From a virus, in the IMG/VR virus record IMGVR_UViG_3300038415_000014, positions 1 through 64,000 of that record: DNA of 64,000 nucleotides; one strand, given 5' to 3'. The translations under genes and the position numbers were made by a program. Every line of letters begins with the position of its first letter. Position 1 is the first letter of the stretch. This document shows positions 26,246 to 36,408 of the stretch, piece by piece. The notes below the pieces were generated by a model, which did not search any database, was not told where the DNA came from, and saw nothing but the letters and a program-made list of their open reading frames with translations.

Positions 26246-26441
26246 CTTTCTCTTCTTTCTTAGCCTGTGTGGCTAACTGAGGCAGTGGTTCCTTTGGTAC
26301 ACCGGCAAGGACTGCCCGAACAATAATCCAGAGCCATTTAGTCTGGGGTAGCTTGCGAATTAGCGGGGTCCAAGCCGAGGACACCAACAATGTGATAACA
26401 GAAGCAACATAGGCTTGATGCTGAATAATCCAGGAACCCAT
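26196..26441 (-). CDS. Small membrane protein (holin-like, tentative)
   Basis: Two hydrophobic segments (YVASVITLLVSSAW; WLWIIVRAVLAGV) and a charged C-terminus. Confidence 0.5.
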   Translation of the reverse strand: MGSWIIQHQAYVASVITLLVSSAWTPLIRKLPQTKWLWIIVRAVLAGVPKEPLPQLATQAKKEEKVDEKVTDPITPPPPAA

Positions 26442-26584
26442 TGGTACACCTCATTAACACCGAGCTGATAAGGTAACTAGCTACCCCTTGTTCCGGCCCC
26501 CTATAGTCAGAACCGACCTAGTGTACGGATGTATACTTCTCACCTACTCCTGTGCACAATAACGCGGTAAGTTCAGTATTCTTG

Positions 26585-26614
26585 TTGAGAATTAGGCCTC
26601 TCAGACGTAATAAT
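26585..26614 (+). promoter_or_regulatory. Possible sigma70-like promoter for the plus-strand RCC1 gene
   Basis: TTGAGA-18 nt-AATAAT, with a TGAGA...TCTCA inverted repeat over the -35/spacer. The implied leader would be very short. Confidence 0.3.
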
Positions 26615-26628
26615 GAATGAGGCAGAAG

Positions 26629-28395
26629 ATGTCCAAAATTAGAACCCTAATCGCATTAGCTCTCGTAGTTACCGCTTGTGGAAGCAACGACAGCGTAACT
26701 CCAGAGACCGCAAGCACTATTGAGACCACGGGTGGCGAGGCGGGTATCCTCATGACCAGCACTACTCAAGTGGTTGGATCGACGGGCGGTTCATCATCAT
26801 TGATGACGATCACCGGCGGATCCTCATCCAATGTAGCTGGAACCACCTCAGTGATTGGTACAAGCGAGACCGGTGGTTCAGCTCCCCAAGGAACCACCTC
26901 GACTGGCGGCTACAGCTCGACCAGCACGACTAAGCCCATGACTACCGGCGGTCACTCGTCAACAGGTGGATCGAACCCGGGTACTGGTGGAAGTGCTCCG
27001 AAGACGACCGGTGGCAGTCCAGGTACCGGAGGCAGCTCTTCAAAAGCAACAGGTGGATCGAACCCAGGTACTGGTGGAAGCGCTCCGAAGGTAACCGGAG
27101 GTAGCCCCTCAACTGGCGGGTCCTCGACCGTGACGACCACAGGCGGCTCTACTCCTATGGTAACCGGAGGTAGCCCCTCAACTGGTGGTTCCTCATCAGT
27201 GTCGGCAACCGGCGGATCAGCTCCTCAAGCCACGGGCGGTAGCCCCTCAACTGGTGGCAGTCCTTCAACAGGCGGTAGCTCAGCTCAGGCCACTGGTGGT
27301 ACCTCTGCTATCAACCCACCAGTTCCAAATCAGGTTTCGGTTGGATCAACTCAGACTTGTGTAGTTGTGAGCGACGGCCACGTCAAATGCTGGGGCTCGA
27401 ACACCTACGGTCAGCTTGGAAACGGTACAACAACCAGCAGCGCGACCCCTGTCCTAGTCAATGGGATCTCGAATGCAATCAAGGTCTCGACACTCCTCAC
27501 TCATACTTGCGCGGTACTGAATGACGGAACTGTAAATTGCTGGGGTACCAATGCTGATGGTGAGCTTGGAAACGGAAAATCCTCCAACGGTTCTCTGAAC
27601 CCACCCAACCCTAACCCGGTTCAATTCCTTGGTGTTTCGAATGCGGTTGATGTCGTAGTTGGGTCACTCTACACCTGCGTCCTTCTTGCCGATCACACCG
27701 TGAAATGTGTCGGCCTCCGAAGGTTCGGAACCTTGGGTGATGGAATCGATGATACTTCAATCATCTACTCAGTAACCCCAGTTCAGGTGGTAGGCATCAG
27801 CAACGCGATAGCCATAGGAGCCAACCCGAACTACGCTTGCGCCTTATTGAGCGACAAGACCATCAAGTGCTGGGGGCGCCCGCTCAATGGGGAGTTCCCA
27901 ACTGGGTCTAGCGGGTCATCAACCCCAGTAATTATCCCGAACGTTTCGAACGCAATTACACTTTCAGTAGGCAGTTACAACATCTGCTACCTTGTGGGTG
28001 ACGGGACCGCCTACTGCTGGGGAACTCAGAATGGTGCTCAGACTCCAACCGGCAGCTACGGAATGGTAGCTTACCAGCAGATCAGCTTGTTCGGTACCGA
28101 GATAGCAATAGGTTCGACTCATGGTTGCGGGGTCTACAGTAGACCAGCACTCACCCCTGACTCAGTAGCTTTCTGCTGGGGCTCGAATGATTCTGGTCAA
28201 CTAGGTGATGGAACAACGACGACCAGCACTGGCGTAGTGGTCCCTGGGATCACAGATGCAATCGATGTTGAAGTTGGCGCCAATGGATCAACCTGCGCCA
28301 TCCAACGCAGTGGTACCATGAAGTGCTGGGGCAAACTGACGGGTAACTCTGGCTCACCCACTAGCTCAAGCCCAGTCACCCCGGACGGGTTCTGA
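26629..28395 (+). CDS. RCC1/BLIP-II repeat beta-propeller lipoprotein with Ser/Thr/Gly-rich linker
   Basis: MSKIRTLIALALVVTAC lipobox, about 210-aa TGGS linker, repeated VKCWGSNTYGQLGNG / VNCWGTNADGELGNG / AFCWGSNDSGQLGDG units. Only credible plus-strand gene. Confidence 0.93.
   Translation: MSKIRTLIALALVVTACGSNDSVTPETASTIETTGGEAGILMTSTTQVVGSTGGSSSLMTITGGSSSNVAGTTSVIGTSETGGSAPQGTTSTGGYSSTSTTKPMTTGGHSSTGGSNPGTGGSAPKTTGGSPGTGGSSSKATGGSNPGTGGSAPKVTGGSPSTGGSSTVTTTGGSTPMVTGGSPSTGGSSSVSATGGSAPQATGGSPSTGGSPSTGGSSAQATGGTSAINPPVPNQVSVGSTQTCVVVSDGHVKCWGSNTYGQLGNGTTTSSATPVLVNGISNAIKVSTLLTHTCAVLNDGTVNCWGTNADGELGNGKSSNGSLNPPNPNPVQFLGVSNAVDVVVGSLYTCVLLADHTVKCVGLRRFGTLGDGIDDTSIIYSVTPVQVVGISNAIAIGANPNYACALLSDKTIKCWGRPLNGEFPTGSSGSSTPVIIPNVSNAITLSVGSYNICYLVGDGTAYCWGTQNGAQTPTGSYGMVAYQQISLFGTEIAIGSTHGCGVYSRPALTPDSVAFCWGSNDSGQLGDGTTTTSTGVVVPGITDAIDVEVGANGSTCAIQRSGTMKCWGKLTGNSGSPTSSSPVTPDGF
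26960..27290 (+). repeat. Imperfect coding tandem repeats (TGGSNPGTGGSAPK x2; VTGGSPSTGG x3-4)
   Basis: ACAGGTGGATCGAACCC(G/A)GGTACTGGTGGAAG repeated at about 26963 and 27050; GGTAGCCCCTCAACTGG repeated at about 27100, 27170 and 27238. Confidence 0.85.
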
Positions 28396-28415
28396 TAGCT
28401 CTGGGTAGGGAACAC

Positions 28416-28452
28416 CAAGGGGCTCACTGGCGCGCAGCCGATGAGCCCCTTG
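28416..28452. terminator. Hairpin between convergent RCC1 and tail-fibre genes (probable bidirectional terminator)
   Basis: Perfect 11-bp inverted repeat CAAGGGGCTCA / TGAGCCCCTTG. Confidence 0.7.
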
Positions 28453-28456
28453 AGCT

Positions 28457-31400
28457 TTATGGCCTGGTCTGCTTTGAGAACAACCACTTGCCGGTTGAGC
28501 CGATTGCCGAGACATAGATACCTGTCGTACCATCACTGCTGGCAGCTTCGGGCCTGATCCCCACGGTGGCAGTCGTTGACGGACCCGCTGTATATGAGAA
28601 CGGGATCGTTACGATGGTGTCTATAGCTGCATTCATGCTGAAAGAGTACTGGTAGATATCGAGGGTGCTACCATCCTTGAGTATCAGGTAGATGGTTCCG
28701 ACGTTTCCAGTAGATGCAGCTGCTACAACGTGAAAGCAAGCTGAACCTTCAATGATGTCCCCCTCCAAGACCCCAGTGAAGGTGGGGAAGCTGGCCATCA
28801 GAGCAGTCGGAGACGATGCTGTTACTGGGCTCGCTGTGAATGAACTAGTGTCAACAATCCGATTGACAGTTCCGTTTAGGGTAATCACACCCCTGCTATT
28901 GGATGACCTAACATCTCCAAATGAGTTGACATACAGAACGGTGTCAACGCTACCTGGATGAACTGGCGGGTCGTTGCTACTAGTGTCGAGCCCGAGCCCG
29001 CAATTTGTACCTGCCAGCTCGGTATGGGCTATGCCTATACCATTTTCATCGACAATCGCTCGCGGATAACTGTGGTTACCAAGTTGGATCTCAATGACCC
29101 CATTAGATCCACCGCTAGGTCCATGAGCACCTGAGATTAGTATCAGGTTACCACCACTGTGTGATGACCCAGCGGTTTGGTCACCCTTTTGCGCTTGAAC
29201 TTTGAGGTTGCTGCCGTCAGCACCCGTTGCATCTTGCTGAGCTACAAGGGGGGCATTAACTGCAGGGTCAAATACTAGGTCGTTAACATCTACGATAACC
29301 GCTGACTGAGTGATGGTAGCCACAGTCACGGGTGCGGGTGACATCGTGGTACCGGTTTCGACCTGTACAAACACCTGACCACTGCGGTCAAATGACCCCT
29401 TCCCAGTTTTCAGGTAGATGTCACCACCTGGTTTCGGATGGGATACATCACCCGCTGCGTTACCAGCGAACAGAGCTAGATCTGCCCCCTTACCTAAAAA
29501 GGCGGTAGCAATATCAGCAGCCTTAATGGTGAGTGTGTAATCGTAGACGTCACCATTAGTTGCCTTCTGCCCTATCTTGGGAGCGATTACCCTTGAGCTG
29601 AAGACGGAGCTGAAGATATCGAACGCATTCGTGTCACCCACCTCAACAATATTGGTTCCGAAGTATGTGCTCTCAGTGTCAGTACCACTTATTCTAAGGT
29701 TATTACGGAACCCATTGGAAAAACTAAACCCCCCAGCGCCACCAGTACCAAGTCCAATTCCAGTTGTGAAGTATATGCTACCACCAGAATTGTTTGTTGA
29801 TCCAGCACTCTGTGAGCTGATACTGAGGTTGTTGCCGGGGCCGGTACCAGTAGCTTGACTGATTGATGGATTTGTGACCCCAGCCGTGAACTGGATACCA
29901 TAGTTACCGGTACCACTCGTTAAACCAAGAATGAGGTCTACATTATTGAAGCTTGCTACAGTGACAAGGGGCCCTATCTTAACGATTACTGAGCCATTAG
30001 TGACGGTACCAAGCCCTGAGGCTATAGTAACACTACCTCCATTGCCGGAGACACCCGCGGTACCGCCTCGTACAGTGACATTACCACCATTTCCGTTGAA
30101 GGTGGTACCACCTGCTACAATAACATTACCGCCATTACCTGAAGATCCTGTGGATGAACCACCGTTTAGGACCAGGCCACCGGCAGCACCTGAACCACTT
30201 GAGGTACCAGGGGTAACTGTAAGGTTACCCGTGCTAGCAGTTCCAGAACCGTCTCCAGTACTGACAAGCAATGAACTCGTGGTCCCAGAGGATAGATTAG
30301 TGGTACCAATGCGAGTGGCATTGGTGAATGTGAGTGCACTAGATGTGGCTAGTAAGTTTCCAGAAACGCTAGCAGTCCCACTAACAACCAAGTTTCCAAC
30401 GATGTCCAACCCAGTCAGCGTTGGGATGTTTGTCCAGAAGTTGCGAGTCCCGTCACTAGCATAGACTGTGCTGGCTGCACCAATCGGAATGGCTGGCGTG
30501 GGAGAGGGGGCTGTGATCTGAGCGATAGTCTTCCCGAGAGGAAGCTGGATTGTACTAGGGTCCACATCGTAAAAGGTGTGGTTAGTGATGATCGGATGGC
30601 CCTCAATTCGATAGAGGTCAGCCGCTGCATACCCCTCACTCGACCCATTGGTTCCCAACAGGATCATGGCTTCGATGGGGGTTGTCCCAAGCTCCATGAC
30701 CTGGGTGGTGATGGCCATCATCAGCTCGTCACCCCCGGAGACCTCAACGGACCCCGCGGAGGTAGGTGCATTCCGGACTAGGAATGCTCGCCCAACGAGA
30801 ACTCGACTCCCCTTCCCGGAGCCCAATAACCTAGAGTAGGTAGCGAACACCTCACCACCAGGTCGGTCTCCAGAGCCGACGAAGACCGAACCCCCTCGGT
30901 TAACCCTGTAGTTGAGCAGCTGAGTGTAGTCAGCTGGTGACCCGTCTACCATCACCAGAACGTCACCAGGGACGCCAGCAGAGACCGAGGCTGGCATCAT
31001 CAAGGCTTCGGTTTGATCAAGCTCTGAGGTCCTTGCAAGACCTGCTACGCCTGAACCAACACCAGCCGTGTCCAAGTAGACTAGGGGCGATGACAACTCA
31101 TCCGAGAACCTAGACCCGTGGAAGTCCTTGTCTCGGTACAGAGCACCCAAGGGGAGCCTTTCAGTACATCCCAGATACTCAGGATTGGCTTCCAGATCCC
31201 CGTAGTTGGCGAGGCTACCAAGCGCCCCAGACTTGACGAGAGGACGAGGTCCACCACTTGTGTGGGGAGGATAAGGAGCACTCGGGTCTGTAGGATCCTC
31301 GTACCCTACGTTACGAATGTCATAGGCGTTCGCCAGAGAAAAGTCACCAGAGAGACGGCCAGTACCCAATGTGGTGATGAACCCGACGGAAGCCAGAACC

Positions 31401-34400
31401 TCTAGAGGTTTCTGGTTGGGGCGCGTCAGCATGTTGGGGATCAACGAGGTCGAGGCCAACTGATAGGCATCTGCACTCAGCAACGGACCCTGAGTGTGTC
31501 CCTTGTCCGAGAATGATGTCTCGGTCCCCCAAGCATCCCCTTGGTAGGGGGTCCTGCTGTAGTTGATGAGAGCTGTATCCGTAGTGGTGAGGGGTCCTGG
31601 CAGAATAGTGTTAGGCCCATTCACCAGGCTCGAACTAGCCGTAAGGGATATAGCCATCTTGAATGGCTGACTGAGATCAAAAGCTCCCCGGTCAAAACCA
31701 AACACACAAGCTTCAATGATGTAGTTTCCGGAAGCAAATGTAGATATCGGGTTGGGGGACTTAGTTAGATCAATGGTATCCGCGTTCAGGATGAAAGTAC
31801 TATCACCATTGACATCCTTCTCTATCCAGAAAGTCGGACCAATGAAGTCACCGCGCAATAGGTTGGTGGCTCCTGTACCAGTGAAGGTTCGATCCCCTCC
31901 AGCTCCAACGTTGAAAGATGATCCATGAATCTTGTAGTCTTGAGCCTCATAGACCGCAAACAACCTTGCGATACCGTAGTAGGGTGGTAGCTCAAGCCCT
32001 TGCCTCCCCAAACCTCGCGCGGTTGAAAGTGCTCCAATCACCGTTGGGTCATCATTGAATAGCCTCATCCCAGCATAGCTAATGATGAAGCTGTCCCCTG
32101 TCGCGGTATTGTAGGTTAGTGGTAGTGAAGTCTGCAGATTTAGAGTAGAGAAGATAGCACAGGTAAGCTGTCCACCTGCTATCGAGTAGTTGATGTACTC
32201 GGTGTTGAAGAGGGTAGTGTTTGTGGCAACCCTCTCTTGAGACATCAGCATGAAGTTGATGCCCCGATGGAAGTTCCCTCCACTTGTAACCGGAATAATC
32301 GGTACCTCTACAGCACCCCAACCTGGAACTAGATGGCGGGGTAGGAGAGCATATCTTGTGTGATCAAACAAAGCCAGCGGATCAGACCCACTTGGTGTCA
32401 TGATGCTACCAGTGATGGGACTTGGAACGGGGAACTGTATTGCCTGGAACGGGGTAATGGCTACAGTTTTTGACCCAAGATCTGCATAGGATTCTGCTGT
32501 TACTGGCAGAAGACTCTTGTAGGTGTCGCCCCTGAACTTGCTCCAGAGCGCTGTCCAAGCTGTACGAAGTTGGAAGGTATTAGCTTGACTGTACTCCACC
32601 TGATGGAGTAGTTGAGCGTTAGGGTTGAGTAGTGCAATGTTATGAATGGAGTCAGGTCGCCTTGATAGCCCACGACCACTACCATATTGAATATGCGTAG
32701 TAGCATATAGGTTCAATACATTTGCAGGGGATAGAGGAGAATAAGTACCCGCAACTAGAGTAATGACTAGGTTATCAGTTGGACTGGGATTTGGAGGAGT
32801 TACAGTGAAATAGTGCTGTGGTAAAGATGTTGCTTGACCCTCAACGCGGATCTGAACCGCTCCAGTACCTTTCCGAATGACATATGGAGTCAGGGTGGCC
32901 GCAGGAATAGTCGTGGATACCGTCAATACTGTGGTGGTTACCTGAATGATGGTGTACGACCCAGCAGCAATAGGAGAATCATTAACGGTTATGACAAGAG
33001 TATCCCCAATCTCAACTCCGCTAGCTACATAGTCGTTGGTAGCGTCAATGAACTGGTCGGTACCTGAAGAAGTACCTGTCCCTGAGGCTGGCTGGTCATT
33101 GAGGAATCTGATCTGGTCAGCATCAGATACTGAGACTCCGGTCTTGAACTGATCTACCGGGATACTGAGTTGATCCCCTATAGTCCAAATTGCTGTGGTA
33201 GCTTGAGCTACAATGTTTGCATTCACATGCAAACCCCAAGGTTGTACAACCGCAACTGGGAAAGTTGGTGAGGGTCCTGACCAAGTTGTTGGCTTGAAGA
33301 TTACCTCTACGGGTTGTTGAACCGCCGCATCCGAGAAGATCATGCGAATGTGGTCAGGCCCATCAAGCTGAGTGACCCCCAAACTGATTGGTGGGGTCAA
33401 GCTGATCTTGTCTTCGTAGAGAAGATAAATCCCACGCGGGTCAGTTCCGGTTCTCTTCCAGTTGGCTCGTAGTTGCCCCTTGAGCAACTTGTCTAAGTTC
33501 GACCGAAGAGTGCTGTGGTAGTTGAAACCAGCTGGGTTGACTGCATGCCTAAGATCTAGAACGTCAGTCCCAGTGATCTGGTCTGAGTACAGTCCGTCGG
33601 GTCGAGTAGAGACAACCGTGATGGTTGCCCCAGCCTTATGAACAGCGGCCGCTGTACCATTAGCCCCCCTACCAGTAGTCGGGGTGATAGTAAGTATGGT
33701 ACCAGAAATACCAGAATAAGTGATAAGTTCTTCGTCGATCTTAATCGTCACCGACGACGCTGGGGTCAACGGAAGAGGGATATTTGAGGATGAGACCAGA
33801 GTTGCACTGAAAGAAGATGCACTAAGATCAGCGGCGAGAGTTGGTACCGTTGAGAATGTAAGAGTCCCAGTTCGGTCTACCGCGGTTGGATTGCGGTTGA
33901 ACCCACCATTCAGGTTCTGAGATGGCTCGCCTGCCCACAAGATGGCATTGCGACGGAAGACAATACAGATCGGGATTGCGTAGACATAACCATCCACTGT
34001 CCCAAGAACGTTCTGAGTCCCGTCTCCAGCCCTCCAGAGACCGGGGTCGCCCAGGGTCTCACGCATGTTGGCGAAGGTGTACCCGCCGACTGATGGAGGG
34101 GTTGCCTGTGCGCCTTGGGCCTTGACCACTGTTGGATCGAAGCCGTCAGGGTTGGTACTCAGATTGATGAGCCCCTTGACTACTCGAATGCGGTACTGTA
34201 GCTGTACACGCTCGGTGGTCTCTTCCCCGATAGCTGGGTCGAGGATATCATCGGGGAGGTAGCTAAACCCACCTTCGACATTGCCTAACTTAAAAATTGC
34301 GGACCCATTCGGCTTGTTGATGGTCGAGGGGTATGGAGCAATACGAGCTTTCCAGACTTCGAGGAACACGAAATCCGCTCGGGCGTCCCCCGCCGATCCT

Positions 34401-34795
34401 GGAGGAGGTTCGAGGGTAACCTTATTCCAAGTGTCAGTATCATCAGGGCTTCCTGGGGGGTCCCCTGTTTGAGTCCCCGCAACAGGAACTAACCAACCAT
34501 TGACGACCGCCCACATGATGGACTGCTTATCGCCGGAGCGCTGCCTGCCAAACTTGAACCAATTAGACCAAGTTGGGTCGGTTTGATAGTCCTTCGATGG
34601 GTTGATGTCGTTCCCGAACCAACCAGATGGGGTTCCAAGGAGAGACCTCTGGCGATCAAACCCAGCTGCGAGGTCACCAACGAGGTTCCACTCGGAGTCG
34701 AGTGGGCAGAGACCCGCTTGCCAGATTACACTCAGAAATTGAGTGGTCGCTGGATCAAGAACTCTGCTAACGCCTTCTCCTAGGTTATCAGTCAT
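28457..34795 (-). CDS. Large tail fibre / baseplate-attached structural protein, about 2112 aa
   Basis: N-terminal VIWQAGLCPLDSEWNL (DUF4815/DUF6519-like start) and C-terminal Gly-rich GG.V.I..G repeats. Located at the end of the baseplate operon. ATG at 34795 is coupled with the HNH stop. Confidence 0.8.
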   Translation of the reverse strand: MTDNLGEGVSRVLDPATTQFLSVIWQAGLCPLDSEWNLVGDLAAGFDRQRSLLGTPSGWFGNDINPSKDYQTDPTWSNWFKFGRQRSGDKQSIMWAVVNGWLVPVAGTQTGDPPGSPDDTDTWNKVTLEPPPGSAGDARADFVFLEVWKARIAPYPSTINKPNGSAIFKLGNVEGGFSYLPDDILDPAIGEETTERVQLQYRIRVVKGLINLSTNPDGFDPTVVKAQGAQATPPSVGGYTFANMRETLGDPGLWRAGDGTQNVLGTVDGYVYAIPICIVFRRNAILWAGEPSQNLNGGFNRNPTAVDRTGTLTFSTVPTLAADLSASSFSATLVSSSNIPLPLTPASSVTIKIDEELITYSGISGTILTITPTTGRGANGTAAAVHKAGATITVVSTRPDGLYSDQITGTDVLDLRHAVNPAGFNYHSTLRSNLDKLLKGQLRANWKRTGTDPRGIYLLYEDKISLTPPISLGVTQLDGPDHIRMIFSDAAVQQPVEVIFKPTTWSGPSPTFPVAVVQPWGLHVNANIVAQATTAIWTIGDQLSIPVDQFKTGVSVSDADQIRFLNDQPASGTGTSSGTDQFIDATNDYVASGVEIGDTLVITVNDSPIAAGSYTIIQVTTTVLTVSTTIPAATLTPYVIRKGTGAVQIRVEGQATSLPQHYFTVTPPNPSPTDNLVITLVAGTYSPLSPANVLNLYATTHIQYGSGRGLSRRPDSIHNIALLNPNAQLLHQVEYSQANTFQLRTAWTALWSKFRGDTYKSLLPVTAESYADLGSKTVAITPFQAIQFPVPSPITGSIMTPSGSDPLALFDHTRYALLPRHLVPGWGAVEVPIIPVTSGGNFHRGINFMLMSQERVATNTTLFNTEYINYSIAGGQLTCAIFSTLNLQTSLPLTYNTATGDSFIISYAGMRLFNDDPTVIGALSTARGLGRQGLELPPYYGIARLFAVYEAQDYKIHGSSFNVGAGGDRTFTGTGATNLLRGDFIGPTFWIEKDVNGDSTFILNADTIDLTKSPNPISTFASGNYIIEACVFGFDRGAFDLSQPFKMAISLTASSSLVNGPNTILPGPLTTTDTALINYSRTPYQGDAWGTETSFSDKGHTQGPLLSADAYQLASTSLIPNMLTRPNQKPLEVLASVGFITTLGTGRLSGDFSLANAYDIRNVGYEDPTDPSAPYPPHTSGGPRPLVKSGALGSLANYGDLEANPEYLGCTERLPLGALYRDKDFHGSRFSDELSSPLVYLDTAGVGSGVAGLARTSELDQTEALMMPASVSAGVPGDVLVMVDGSPADYTQLLNYRVNRGGSVFVGSGDRPGGEVFATYSRLLGSGKGSRVLVGRAFLVRNAPTSAGSVEVSGGDELMMAITTQVMELGTTPIEAMILLGTNGSSEGYAAADLYRIEGHPIITNHTFYDVDPSTIQLPLGKTIAQITAPSPTPAIPIGAASTVYASDGTRNFWTNIPTLTGLDIVGNLVVSGTASVSGNLLATSSALTFTNATRIGTTNLSSGTTSSLLVSTGDGSGTASTGNLTVTPGTSSGSGAAGGLVLNGGSSTGSSGNGGNVIVAGGTTFNGNGGNVTVRGGTAGVSGNGGSVTIASGLGTVTNGSVIVKIGPLVTVASFNNVDLILGLTSGTGNYGIQFTAGVTNPSISQATGTGPGNNLSISSQSAGSTNNSGGSIYFTTGIGLGTGGAGGFSFSNGFRNNLRISGTDTESTYFGTNIVEVGDTNAFDIFSSVFSSRVIAPKIGQKATNGDVYDYTLTIKAADIATAFLGKGADLALFAGNAAGDVSHPKPGGDIYLKTGKGSFDRSGQVFVQVETGTTMSPAPVTVATITQSAVIVDVNDLVFDPAVNAPLVAQQDATGADGSNLKVQAQKGDQTAGSSHSGGNLILISGAHGPSGGSNGVIEIQLGNHSYPRAIVDENGIGIAHTELAGTNCGLGLDTSSNDPPVHPGSVDTVLYVNSFGDVRSSNSRGVITLNGTVNRIVDTSSFTASPVTASSPTALMASFPTFTGVLEGDIIEGSACFHVVAAASTGNVGTIYLILKDGSTLDIYQYSFSMNAAIDTIVTIPFSYTAGPSTTATVGIRPEAASSDGTTGIYVSAIGSTGKWLFSKQTRP

Positions 34796-35708
34796 TTGTG
34801 GTCTCCATACAGATCTGCTTCTGCATGGAAGACCTGAAAGAAGGAATACCGACTTTCTTTCGGTAGGTGCACACATTGACAGGTGAGGTACTAAATCTAG
34901 TTGCTACCTCACGATCTGTTAGTTTTCCTGCGAACTTATGCCATGGTCTTATTGCTGGAGTTAGTACCCTACGAGTGGGAGCCCTCACTGAGGTTTGAAC
35001 CTCACCAGAACTGTTTCGCTCCCATACCATAGGGATCTCACTTATACCAGTACGTAGAGCCCCTTTTGCTTGAACCTGAGTTCTCTCTCGATGACAGTTT
35101 GCGCAGACTACCTCACATTTAGCCACTTCAGCAAGAATGGCCTTACAAGACTTCATCTGAGAAACAGATCCAACTTTAACACCACGTACATGGTCAAAAT
35201 CCATCTGACAGTAATGGAATGACCTCCCACAATCAGCACATGGCTTATCCTTGAGCTGAAGGATAAGTTCTCTCCTACTATCTATAACCTTTGGTGGTCT
35301 CCAAGTCCTCATACGATGACAGCGCACACAAACCACATCACATTTAGCTATTTCGCCTAAGATCCTAGCCCAAGGAGCTGTAGTCTTGTTCAGAAGATGA
35401 TTGATCTCATTTTCCTTGCAAGTAGGGTCTCGATGATCAAAATCCATGACATAGGGTGGGTAGGATAGACCGCAATCCTTACATGGAACACTCTTTAACC
35501 TGTCTACCGCTATATGCCGCTCAGCCTTCTTACGACGACAGATCTCAACATTCTTACGTCGATAGTGCTTCCGATTGAACTCTCTGTAGGCTTGAAAATC
35601 AGCCTTCTTCAAGGAATAGCGCTCCCTACCGTAGGCTCGCTCACACTCTCGACACTGGCGATGACCCTTTCGGAAATCACCTGGCCTACTGCACTTAGAA
35701 CAGATCAC
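34788..35708 (-). mobile_element. HNH homing endonuclease: N-terminal Zn ribbon, two HNH domains, C-terminal HTH
   Basis: CKDC..VMDFDH..CDVVCVRCHR and CADC..QMDFDH..CEVVCANCHR; LTDREVATRFSTSPVNVCTYRKKVGI HTH. Confidence 0.88.
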
Positions 35709-35717
35709 ACCTTCAAT

Positions 35718-35723
35718 TACACC
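35718..35723 (-). promoter_or_regulatory. GGTGTA upstream element (dual HNH)
   Basis: TCGGTGTAATTG, 9 nt before the GTG at 35708. Confidence 0.45.
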
Positions 35724-35729
35724 GACAGG

Positions 35730-36377
35730 TCAAAAAGTCAACCTCCAGACAATAGTTAAGGTCGACGTAGCTGGTTTGGTCTGCACAGCGAAGGTAAGGT
35801 AGTTGGCCATCGTTTCCTTGGTGGTCAGGTCAACCGTCGGGTCATACGGGCCATTTGGAGGAGAAACAGGATTCTTAATAGCTAGGTTAGTAGAAATGGT
35901 ACCACCTAGGATACCCATCTCAACGAGTGGCCCTACTGCCTCTGATTCTGTAAATGTAGTTACGAAGTCAACAACATTTGTAGGAATAGCTGTTGGATTA
36001 CCTAACGAGTCGATGAAAGTCGATGATGCAAAGACCTTGCGCGTCAACTCAGCAAATAGGGCTCGTTGGGTAAGCGTAGGAGCTGGTGGCGCCAGGGGGT
36101 TCCAACCGGTATCACCAGTACCTATAGCGAGGCAGAAACCCCCGTGAAGTCCGGTCTCAGCATTGTTTTTGAAGAGGCGCGCGACTAGTATCGAGGCGTC
36201 ACGGACTACAAGGTTGTCAAAGTGGCGTTGTTCTTGGATCTCCCCGGTCTTGCCATCTCGAAGGGTCATAAAGACCTCACCCTTCTTGATGCAAGTCATC
36301 CGATCCTCATAGCGGTTTACCCAAGCCATGCTGATGGCATCTCTGATTCGATTGAATGTATCGCTAACCTTGAACAT
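35730..36377 (-). CDS. Tail-collar / fibre-attachment protein (P2 gpH N-domain/DUF3751-like)
   Basis: NLVV....LVARL..LAIGTG...Q.AL..EL.RK...F.TTF..SEAVGPLVEMGILGG pattern; located between the wedge genes and the tail fibre. Confidence 0.65.
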   Translation of the reverse strand: MFKVSDTFNRIRDAISMAWVNRYEDRMTCIKKGEVFMTLRDGKTGEIQEQRHFDNLVVRDASILVARLFKNNAETGLHGGFCLAIGTGDTGWNPLAPPAPTLTQRALFAELTRKVFASSTFIDSLGNPTAIPTNVVDFVTTFTESEAVGPLVEMGILGGTISTNLAIKNPVSPPNGPYDPTVDLTTKETMANYLTFAVQTKPATSTLTIVWRLTF

Positions 36378-36408
36378 TACCTACTCCAATCTATAGAAGG
36401 GTCACCGC

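Noticed and set aside
34880-34935. DREVATRF in the dual-HNH protein as another tag copy
   Set aside because: The spacing does not fit (E at the R/N position) and it is part of an HTH.
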